DNA of 63,205 bases, filler included, from Basidiobolus ranarum (Eukaryota), in the NCBI GenBank assembly GCA_040143965.1. It is 19 parts of 19 records of this genome, joined end to end, with 100 filler letters (N's around TTAATTAATTAA, not from the genome) between each part and the next. Parts side by side here need not be neighbours in the genome. Positions count along the whole stretch, not along the records: positions 53,337 to 56,560 come from JASJQH010009510.1; positions 56,661 to 59,883 come from JASJQH010009511.1; positions 59,984 to 63,205 come from JASJQH010009512.1; 16 more parts are not named here. The stretch is one strand, 5' to 3'. The translations under genes were made by a program, and so were the position numbers. Below the pieces are notes generated by a model. That model saw nothing but the letters and a program-made list of their open reading frames with translations. It was not told where the DNA came from and searched no databases. This document shows positions 53,337 through 63,205 of the stretch, piece by piece. The stretch's first letter is position 1. Each line of letters opens with the position of its first letter.

Positions 53337-55275
53337 GTGATTTTTGATGAAAAAGCACATTTTTTGCCTCAAATCACTGTTCCTAATCCAGAAAACACAA
53401 ACAGGACTAGACAGGAAGTGTCTGACAAAATTCCAGCTGTATCTGAGTTCTATTAAACCAAAGTTCCGGTCCTAAATATATCAGACAATGATTCAGGACC
53501 CCAAAGATTGTCCCAAAGGAGATATAAGCCAGGGAACTGGTGGAACACTTCCAATGAGAATGCATATGCTTATGCAGCATTCTGTGAAGAGCCACATACT
53601 CTAGATCAAGCTCTGGAGTGTCCCAAATCAAATTTTTGGGTAAAGTGCATCTGATGAGTTCACTTTGGTTCAGGATGATGAAATGTGGGTTTTCAGTCCT
53701 TCACCATCTGGGAGAAAGCCAATAGATTGCAAATGGGTCTACAAAGGCAAAAGCTGAGCTGATGGAACTATAGAAAGGTACAAAGCAAGATTAGTTGCAA
53801 ACAGTTATTCCCAGACTCCAGGAGCTGATTTTAATAAAATGTTTGCTCCAGTAGGTACACTTAGCTCCATTAGTTCTATGCTGGCACTCTCAGCCATCCA
53901 TATTCTTGATTTAAATCAAGTGAGTGTAAAATAGCCTTTCTGAATGGAAATCTAGAAGAAGAGATCTACATGGAGCAACTGGATGGATTTGTTGCCTAAA
54001 ATGCCCTGATATGGTCTGTAAACTGCAAAAATGCCATATGGACTGAAGCAAGCACCCAGGGCATGTTACAATAAGATTGATACCTATGTTGAATCAATGG
54101 AATTCCAAAAATGCACAGCAGTTTGCAGTATTCACATCAAAAGAACCAGAAATAAGATCCTTATCTTAACACTCTATGTGGATGACTTGATCATAGCTGT
54201 AAATGAGCTAGAAGCACTAAATCAGACAAGAAGCAGATTATCAAACCTTTTTCAGATGACTGATGTGGGAGAACTCAGTTAATTTCTTGATATTCAAATA
54301 TAGAGGGATAAACCAAATCTGAAAATCACACAGAATCAGTCTAGATACATCCTAGATATTCTCAAATGCTTCAACATGGAGAATAGCAAGCCTATATCAA
54401 AACCAATGAAATGCAATGTGAAAATACTCAATATCTTCCCAATTTAACCCAACATGACTCACACAAAAGGCAGGAGTTCCCCTGTAAATCCATGATGGGT
54501 AGTTCAAAGTATTCAATGACTGGAACACATCCAGACATTGCTGGGCAACACCAATGGATCCCAATATGAAATTAATCAAAATTTCATCCAATTTGGCCTA
54601 AAATACCTCAAATTAAAGCCCAGAGCCCCCTTATCAATCCATGATGGATAGTTTAATGTATACAATGGTTGGAACATGTCCAGATACTGCTACGGCAGTA
54701 GGAACTGTAAGCCAATATCTCAAAAATACAGGATCTGATCACAAAACTGCAGTAAAACAAATATATTGGTGTTTGCAAAGAATTTTGGATCTAGTTCTGG
54801 AATACTCTGTATATTCTTCACAGACTTGTGATAAATTCAAAAATGTGCTACTACCATATTTGAAGATAATCAAGTAGTATTTCATTAGCTAAAAACCATG
54901 CATGTCATGCTAGAACAAAACATATAGTTATAAGGCATCATTTTGTTAAAGAAGCAATTGAGAACAATATAATTGAACTTGTCTATTGCCCTACTGAAGA
55001 AATGTTTGCTGACATCCTGATCAAACCTTTAGCTAACACATAATTTAAGGTATTCCTTTACAAGTTAGGTTTGAGAGAAGTACACAATAATTAGTTGAGT
55101 GGGTATGTTGAAATTAGGTCAATAACAACTCATTATTTAGTACTCAATTCTGCTATTCAAAAATGTGTGTTTATTGCTCTAATTGATAGAAACATTAATT
55201 AGATCACTTTTACCAATGTTCAATATTTTCTCAAAACTTCTTCTAATCAGCTCAAATTTTCACTCATGCTTAACA
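53337..55275 (+). mobile_element. Second copia family (family 4): RT, RNase H, polypurine tract and 3' LTR
   Basis: CKWVYK, RYKARLVA, YGLKQAPRA, LYVDDL, HARTKHI; GAGTGGGTA then TGTTGAAATTAGG at 55106; the LTR end is approximate. Confidence 0.92.
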
Positions 55276-55859
55276 GGCATGTTTATTATGCTCCAAGCAT
55301 GGCCAACAGTTATCCATAGTCAACTATAAATAGGACCTATGCAATTCAATAAAATATAAGTGTCAAATTCACAAATCCAAATGTCATTCAAAACACTTCT
55401 AAGTCCTCTCAACACTTTTATCAGTAACTGCATGGTATCTTAACTTTCAGCACTGTTACTAAAGCTTTGAAGTAAAGCACAGCCAATGTACTCAGTTGGC
55501 AAAACTCAAGTCAATTTTATGCACTTGTTATTATTGATACTCACCAGGCTCTGTGCAGCTGGTAGTTTTGTACAGTGACCATGCTTGAAATTATTTTTTC
55601 TATGAAGCCTCTGGCTTTTAGAGTATAAGAATTTTTGATAGTAATAACAAGGCCGCCTAAACAATATGTGTTGCAGCCTGAGAGGGATATTGTAGAAAAA
55701 GATCACCCACTATGTAAAGGTGGTATCTTAGGTATATCAAATTGATTTCTTCAGCTGATTCTGAGATGGTGGCATAGAGGAGTCATCAACTTCAAAGTTG
55801 CTATACGGGTCATCACAAGCAATAACTCGGCAATATTACAATTTTTGCAGCATTCTGAA

Positions 55860-56912
55860 ATAACCAGTTGACAGTTAGAGAGTCATTCAACTAGGATACA
55901 AGACCTTCAGAATGCTGTACCTGAGCTACAGCAACATGCTGCTCCCTATGTTCATTCTCAGAAGGAATTTCAATCTATCCCATGCCACACATATGAACAT
56001 GATAGTGATAATATAGCACAAAAGAAAATGTGTCAGACTATTAAGCCTAGACAAGAACCCAAAATTGCCGGGGCACATGAAAGCAGAAATCTCATAGAAA
56101 AACCAGCAAACCAAAAGACTCTGAGTATTCAAGCTGCTGTCACCTGCTCTGATGATCCATGGCTTGACATTATGGAAACTATGTGGAATCATGGCCAAAA
56201 TAACCTTGATTTGACTTAAAGACCAGCAGAAAGCACCACAAACATCACAAAGCACACTAAATAGTATCATACTATAAGGATTATAAAATATAGCAATTTG
56301 GAAGGTAATATATTAGCATTTGAGTGGAAATTGTGTAGAATTTGAGATATATTTTTTGCACATGTGGTGATCCACAGTTTCTGAGATTGTAGCCAATTGT
56401 GTGCAACTATTTTGCAAGATCTTGAAATTTCATTCCAAAAAGTGAAAATTGAGTAAAGTTAAATTTAACTTTTGAATAGCTGAAATACCAACGTACCATA
56501 CATTGACAGACTAGGCTAAGGTTCCCTAGCAATATAGGCATAGCATACAAGGACTGGTAGNNNNNNNNNNNNNNNNNNNNNNNNNNNNNNNNNNNNNNNN
56601 NNNNTTAATTAATTAANNNNNNNNNNNNNNNNNNNNNNNNNNNNNNNNNNNNNNNNNNNNCATTCAAGTGGTAATTGTGTAAAATTTGAGTTATGTTTTT
56701 TGCACATGTGTTGATCCATAGTTCTCTGAGATTTTAGCCAATCATTTGCAACTATTTTGCAAGATCTTGAAATTTCACTCCTGAAACTGAAAAAATTGAT
56801 TAAAATCAAATCTAACTTGACAATTTTATGATGGTAAGTAAACGGTCAATCCCAAATAGATTAAAATTGTGATGGTTTTCCTATGATAACTATCCTCCAA
56901 TCTCTGTTAGGG
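55860..56912 (+). mobile_element. CACTA ORF2 fragments (55860-56460, internally deleted; 56661-56912 with terminus), on two separate contigs
   Basis: Match 20862-22320 in reverse complement; the second piece ends TCTGTTAGGG at 56912. Confidence 0.75.
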
Positions 56913-57029
56913 ATGATATAACTTACTAAACAGGGTATATACTGTGGCAAGTTCAAGTATTGTGGTGTTGGGGACTACAAGGACCAATACAAAGGGGGAT
57001 GATATAAGCAATGATATTCCATATCTAAT

Positions 57030-59883
57030 CCATCTAACCAAGCAGTCTATCCTGCAGCTTTTCTAAAAATACCAACAGACTATCACACAAACAATTAGTC
57101 CAAATTATAAAGGTACTTACTCCATATCCATGAAATGAGTTCTGTTGCTGTTATTGTGCTCAAACAATGCAAAAACCCTTGAGCACATTCAAAAGAGCAT
57201 TTTGTTGGAAAGCAAATATAGTCTGGAGTCTCCTTAACTCATTAAATTATATCCAACACCAATTTTACTGATATAATTTTAATCAGGTTAACCCAAGGTA
57301 ATATTGGCAGTTTCACACAGAGCATCATCTTGCCATAGGGGTGCTGCATTGTAAACTCCCCAAATGTATAGCAAGGGCGTATAATATTTAAGCATTGTGA
57401 AAGATGCTAGAGGGAATGTATTGCCTACTTGCATAGATTCAGACTATCTTCTTTAAACCTGTAATAAAGTTTTTCATACATAATTCCAAAATCTTTGCAC
57501 AGTCACTGCATCTGCCTGAGATCTTTCAATGAGAGTTGAAGCTATAAGTATACATTAAAAATATCTTCAAGCAACAAAACCATCAGAGAACTATCACAAT
57601 ATTGGTGGCTTGCATTCTGCCAGAGATTTTGATGATGTGATGGTGATTTCTTGAAGATATTTCAATGGTGTTCATACATGCTAAAATATTGATCCTCATA
57701 TTTGGCATGCATCATTTAATATCCGGCAATTTTTGCAAAAATCTAAGTTTCAAATGGCAAATTACGGGGTTTACTGCTGTAGGAATTCAAACTAATGTGC
57801 ATGCCTTTATTTATATATTTTTAACTTTGTATTCCAGCCATAATGAGAATCAAAAAATAAAAGAATCTTGTTGTGTTTGATCTCTACATATGCTCATACT
57901 TGACCAATCAGATATAACTCAACAACATCAATATGCTTTACCAGCAAACCAACAGTGGAGAAATAGCTAAACATATGCTATTTTAATTAGCACTGACACT
58001 TGGCAAATAGCTGACTCTTGCTACCATTCATCATGAGAGTAAGCTCTTGGATTTTGGCAAATTTCCATAAAGAATTCAGCCAATTTATCCCCAACTTGCA
58101 GTCAACAAATGTCCTGCCCAAAGTAGATGTTTCATTGCTTGAATAGGTTTTCCCATGCCTAAAACAATAAGACTGCATATCTTGATCTATCTCACCAAGA
58201 AGTCTATCTATGGAGCATAACTAAGTGCACAAAATTGACTTTAGCTTTGCCCATTGAGTGTACTGATTGTACTTTGCCTCAAAGTTTTGGTAACACTGCC
58301 AAAAGTCAAGATACCATGGAGTTACCACAGTTATATGACCAGAATGATGTAGGTCAAAATGCAACTTTGGTCAAACCAGTAAGTCCAGACAACTTTGAGG
58401 AATTGCTGCTAGATGTTGACCTTGGTTATTCCAGTACCGCACTAAATCAACTTTAGTTTTGCCTATTGAGTCCACTGACTGAAGTTTGCCTCAAAGTTTT
58501 AGTAACACTGCCAAAAGTCAAGATACCATGGAGTTACCACAGCTACATGACCAGAATGATGTGGGTAGAAATGCAACTTTGGTCAAACCAGTAAGTCCCA
58601 ACAACTTTGAGGACTTGTTGCTAGATGTTGACCTTGGTTATTCCAGTACCAACAGTAGTATATCAGAAGTTGAAGAAGACAATGTTTTGTTATGGACTCT
58701 TTGTTATCAGCAAACATTAGTCCACTCATAACACTTACTGTAAAGGAAGCAGCTTTGATTATTGAGGAGTGAAGAGTTCAATCCATTCTTAGCAACCAGG
58801 TGTTTATTGGTTTTCATACAATTTTACCACAGTTGATTGGCAACTGTTGATTGCTACAGATCCCTAACAACAATAAAATCAATTTGATCTGGATCAGATC
58901 CACCCTCCAAAAGAGCAAAACCATCAGAGAACCATCACAATATCAGTGGCTTGCATTCTACCAAGGATTTTGATGGTGTGATGGTGGTTTCTTGACAGTA
59001 TCTTGACTATATTCATACTTGTTACAATATTAATCCTAAAATTTGGCATGCATTATTTAGTATCTGCCAATTTTTGCAAAAATATAATTTTTGAATGGCA
59101 AATTATTGGGTTTACTGCTGTAGGAATTCAAATTGATATTCATGCCTTTATTTAGCTATTTTAGGCTTTGTATTCTAGCCATAATGAAAATCAAAAAATA
59201 CATGAATCTTGTTGTATTTAGTCTGTACATATGCACATACTTGGCTGATTAGACATAACTCAACAACATAAATATGCTGTACCAGCAAACTAATGGTGGA
59301 AAAATTGCTATACATCTGAAATTTGGAATAGCACCAACACTTGGCAAATAGCTGACTCTTGTTACTGTTCACAACAAGAATAAGCTCTTGAATTTTGGCA
59401 AATTTCCATCAAATATTCAGCTAATATATCCCCAACTTGCAGTCAACAAATGTCCTGCCGCAAGTAGATGTGTCATTGGTGGAATAGATTACCCCATGGC
59501 TAAAACAATAATACTGTGTATCTTAATCTATCTCACCAAGAAGTCTTTCTTGCAGCTTTCCTAAAAATACTATTAGATTATCACACAAGCAAATTAGTCT
59601 GATTATAGAGGTACTTACTCTATGTCCATGGATTGGGCTTTGTTGCTGTTATTGTGCTCAAAGAATGCAAAACTCCATGAGCACATTGAAATGAGCTCAT
59701 TGTTGGCAGGTTGATATACTCTGAGGTCTTCTTAACCCATTGCATTACATCCATCACTGATTTTGCCGATACATTGTTAATCAGATTAGCATAAGATAAT
59801 ACTGATGATTTCACATGGAGCATCATTTAACCACTGGTGCACTCCATTGGGATCTCCCAGAATGTATAGCAAGGGCCTATAAT
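57030..59883. mobile_element. Scrambled CACTA transposase fragments, tandem duplication of about 210 bp, and terminus at 58862
   Basis: Minus-strand C-terminal pieces; plus-strand N-terminal piece duplicated at about 58237-58437 and 58448-58648 (matches 31430-31800); CCCTAACAAC at 58862. Confidence 0.78.
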
Positions 59884-59983
59884 NNNNNNNNNNNNNNNNN
59901 NNNNNNNNNNNNNNNNNNNNNNNNNNNTTAATTAATTAANNNNNNNNNNNNNNNNNNNNNNNNNNNNNNNNNNNNNNNNNNNN

Positions 59984-60564
59984 GCTTTAATCCCTAAAAG
60001 ATTCAATTTTGCTACAATACCGCTACAGCATCCGTCGACACCATTACATCCTCCATTACAACAAACATTACCTCCACCGTTATTGACACCATAGATGCTA
60101 CCATTTCCTCCACCATTATTACCACCATTGACTCCACCGTTATTTCATCCTGTGTTGCCACCATTTCCTCCACCGTTATTACCACCATTGCCTCCACCGT
60201 TATTACCACCAGTGTTGCCACCAGTACCTCCACCGTTATTACCACCATTGCCTCCACTGTTATTACCACCGCCGGTACCACCACCTAGACAGATCTTTGC
60301 ATCCACATTAATTCCGAGAGCCTTTGCACTAGCGACCAGTTCTGGACAGTCCATGCTTCCAGGATTCTTTCCCCCACCATTATTTCCGCCATTGCCAATG
60401 CAAACTTTAGTATCAATATCGGCGCCCAATAAGTTCAATTTGGCGACAATCCCACGGCAATAACCATCACCAGTCTTTGATTTATAAAAAGTGGGTGCAG
60501 CAGATGTTCCTGTCAGTAAGGCGATAGTAGAGAATAAAAGGATGGCTCTAGAATGGAACAACAT
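59984..60564 (-). CDS. Secreted C-x18-C repeat protein with Gly/Asn spacers, paralog 2; in-frame TGA at 60145-60147; 3' truncated
   Basis: Signal peptide, two complete C-x18-C modules, GGNNGG tract; the frame continues past the TGA to a third module start CSGIVAKLNLLGIK; TATAAATA upstream near 60745. Confidence 0.8.
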
Positions 60565-60647
60565 TTTTCAAGTTGGATAAAAGAAAGTTTCGAGTAGTTC
60601 AGAATTTGTTTGGTGATTAGGAAATTGAATAGATGTGATTAAATGAT

Positions 60648-60720
60648 TATAAATAAATAAATATGAACTGAATTGAATGGAATGGAATGAATGGAATGGA
60701 ATGAATTGATTGATTGATTT
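60648..60720. repeat. Compound microsatellite (TAAA)n(GAATG)n(GATT)n in the 5' leader region
   Basis: Directly visible between the TATA box and the ATG of the 60564 gene. Confidence 0.8.
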
Positions 60721-61473
60721 GTGAAGATCCGGGTGTGGCTCCAGTATTTATAGTTTACTTCTCAGGGGGGAGGAAAAGTATTAAAATGATCAAGCTAGTC
60801 TAAGGCTGGCTAGAAACGAAGAATCGCTTAGGAATCGCTTTCCCATCCACCTGCTAACCTCGCAGTTTGCATAAGTTGATTGAATCAACCGAATATGGTA
60901 ATCTTTGAAATCTCCCTACCGCTGCTAAATTCTCCTAGAAATCAATTACATCTCTACTAGTGTTAAACTAGAACGAAAGGGCGGCTCTCCTGAACCACTA
61001 ATGCAGAGAGTTTAATCATATCAATACTAATGGTTTGTCACATTCCCTTTCATTCATGTTGTTGTATGCAGTATTCGAGGAACACTCGATCCCTTAATTC
61101 TGCTTTACATACTAGCAAGTACGATCGACAGGGACACTCTTGTGCGAACGGTTTATGTACATTAGCCTTAGTATGGTAGCTATATATGTACACTGCTACT
61201 ATCTATTTAAGTATCATGTTACTAGTTGCGACCTTTCTATATTAGTATAATATCACTATTTGCGACTAAATTGCTTTCTAAATATCTCTAGATAAGGATT
61301 GAATCGTTGTTTATTTGGGATATATATATTCTAAGATGGGTTAAGCAAAGACAAATGAAAAAATGGCATTGGGAATGGTGGTGAAAATGGTATGAATAAT
61401 TTCTGATGCAGGATAATGCAGTTCTTAAGGGTGTTTTCTAACACTAGCATTAAGTGCGATCTGATTGTTGAGA

Positions 61474-62520
61474 CTAGTTACGACCTCCTAAGCATACATT
61501 AGCATTGATTTGGAGACCTAAAATATTGGCGTCAGCTACAATATCTGGACATCTGTTCCCACCTCTCATACGTGGAACTACTTGCTGATTGCTTCCTCCG
61601 TTGAGACAAACATCAAGATTAACTCTGATTCCTAGAACATTTAACCTGGCAACTACTCCTCGACAAGCGTCACCTCTAGTGATACGACCGTTCCGGCCAC
61701 CATCTCCGTTATTTCCACTTAAGCAAACATCAGCATTGACTTGGATTCCTAGTATGTTGGCGTCGGCAACGATGTCGGGGCAAGTGTTTCTACCAGAAAG
61801 GGGTCTATTTCTACCTCTATTAGCTCTACCCCCCAAACATACATCAGCATCAACTTTAATACCCAAAAGGTCCAACTTGGCAACAATATCAGGACAAGCA
61901 CGATTCCTATTGTTGTCACGAAGATTACCACCTCGATTACCATTATTTCCGTTTCCTCCGAGACAGATGCTAGCATCAAGTTTAATTCCAAGTATATTTG
62001 CGTCAGCAACAATATCAGGACAGGTTCCACCACCATTACGTCCTCTGTTACGACCCAAGTCTCTGTCAATACCTCTGCCATTGTCTCTGTCTCCACCGCC
62101 TAAGCATATGTCAACATCTGCTTTGAGTCCTAGAGCATTCAATCTAGCAATGATATCGTTACAGCCTTCATTTCTACGGCCTCGATCCTCTCCTCTGCCC
62201 CTACCTCTGCCACGGCCGTCATTGCCTGGATTATTACCAAGACAGATATTTGCATTCACATTGATTCCCAAAATATTGGCATCCACAACAACATCTGGGC
62301 AGTCCATATTCCTAGGGTTGCGTCCCCTTGAATCTCTTCCATCCTTTCCGATGCACACTTCAGCATTAATATTAGCACCAAAGACGTTCAATCTAGCTAC
62401 GATTCCATGGCAATAATCGTCACCATGATCACCCCTAAAGCGAGAAGGAGCAGCAATTGTCCCGGTCAAAAGAGACAATCCAGAAATAAGGAGTAGAGCT
62501 TGAGAGTAAAATGGTAGCAT
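61474..62520 (-). CDS. Secreted 348-aa protein with eight C-x18-C amphipathic modules and Gly/Arg/Asn spacers
   Basis: Complete intronless ORF; signal peptide MLPFYSQALLLISGLSLLTGTIA; 16 Cys in 8 pairs; TATAAATA about 70 nt upstream. Confidence 0.92.
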   Translation of the reverse strand: MLPFYSQALLLISGLSLLTGTIAAPSRFRGDHGDDYCHGIVARLNVFGANINAEVCIGKDGRDSRGRNPRNMDCPDVVVDANILGINVNANICLGNNPGNDGRGRGRGRGEDRGRRNEGCNDIIARLNALGLKADVDICLGGGDRDNGRGIDRDLGRNRGRNGGGTCPDIVADANILGIKLDASICLGGNGNNGNRGGNLRDNNRNRACPDIVAKLDLLGIKVDADVCLGGRANRGRNRPLSGRNTCPDIVADANILGIQVNADVCLSGNNGDGGRNGRITRGDACRGVVARLNVLGIRVNLDVCLNGGSNQQVVPRMRGGNRCPDIVADANILGLQINANVCLGGRN

Positions 62521-63205
62521 TGTTCAGGGATTGGTATGGATTTCTATAAGAAACAACTTTGATGCTATTGAATAGAACATGGGAAGCTTATTTATAGAAG
62601 ACATTAAACCAGATTGGTAAGGACATGCAAGAATGTCGGATGCAACCTAACCAAATGGAGTGTTCTGCAATGTCAACCCACGATCTAGTGAAACTTCTTA
62701 ATTATGGATGAATCAATGGATCTGATGACGAATTCCTCATTGATCTTCATAACTGGTGGAAGAGCTTAGTCTTTTCACGTTATTGGATCTTGATACCTGC
62801 ATCAATCACCCTGCCTCAACACGTTGGTATGCTTCAGAGTAGCTATGGCTCTAGCTAGCATACGAAGCATCTTACTCGTTTTTACTTGCACACGTTATTA
62901 AAGCGTGACTCTTGTGCAGGGTTTCTAGTTTATTGACTATACTTGCTATAATCTTAACTCCCTGAACAAGGAGGACACTAGAATTGGTTCCAGGTCACGT
63001 ACAGGAGTGTTAGACGAGAGTTAAAGCTAGGTTCCTTTCTCTTTCTCAATTAATAATCCGTACCTTTAAATTTTTAGGTAGAAAGATCAGACTAAGTTAT
63101 CTTTTCTTGAACAGCAGAACTTAAGCAAGAATACATGTTTAATCTAACAGAGTGTTATGTAGATTTTTGGATTTGCGAAAATAAGTAGCAATGTACGACC
63201 ACGGC

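Noticed and set aside
58237-58648. Tandem duplication of about 210 bp, and other dispersed repeats, as a CRISPR-like array
   Set aside because: No short constant repeats with unique spacers; these are duplicated transposon fragments.
3242-59983. Regularly spaced TTAATTAATTAA palindromes every 3.3 kb or so
   Set aside because: Artificial linkers embedded in N runs. Adjacency across them has no biological meaning, so no cross-contig gene cluster is claimed.
61589-62416. 275-aa plus-strand ORF and other overlapping ORFs (60095-60463, 60012-60284, 61749-62096)
   Set aside because: Shadow frames of the repetitive Gly-rich genes.
1-63205. rRNA, tRNA or other structured RNA genes
   Set aside because: None recognised by eye; the only tRNA-related signal is the retrotransposon primer-binding site. 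A tRNAscan-SE/Infernal run would be needed to exclude them.

Overview
Eukaryotic (fungal) DNA, not one continuous locus: 19 unrelated small contigs of about 3.2 kb, sorted by decreasing length (3241 down to 3222 bp) and joined by identical 100-nt linkers (44 N + TTAATTAATTAA + 44 N). About two thirds of the sequence is decayed, nested, strongly CpG-depleted transposon DNA: Ty1/copia elements with a half-tRNA-iMet primer site, a chromodomain Ty3/gypsy, several LTR families, and a CACTA/EnSpm-type DNA transposon with CCCTAACA ends and an orphan second ORF. The rest holds genes with normal CpG content, mostly truncated at contig edges: a Na,K/H,K-like P-type ATPase, the tail of an NRPS-type terminal reductase, two tandem SAM methyltransferases (one broken by a single TGG>TAG), a Gas1-type GH72, an Nvj2/TEX2-like PH-SMP protein, an AA11-type LPMO, a GT32 glycosyltransferase, and two intron-containing genes missed or only partly seen by the ORF track (an Elongin B-like protein and a small cationic secreted protein). 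The most unusual feature is a tandem pair of secreted proteins built from strictly alternating C-x18-C amphipathic modules separated by Gly/Arg or Gly/Asn spacers. Gene content suggests an early-diverging fungus (Zoopagomycota, Basidiobolus-like); that is inference only.
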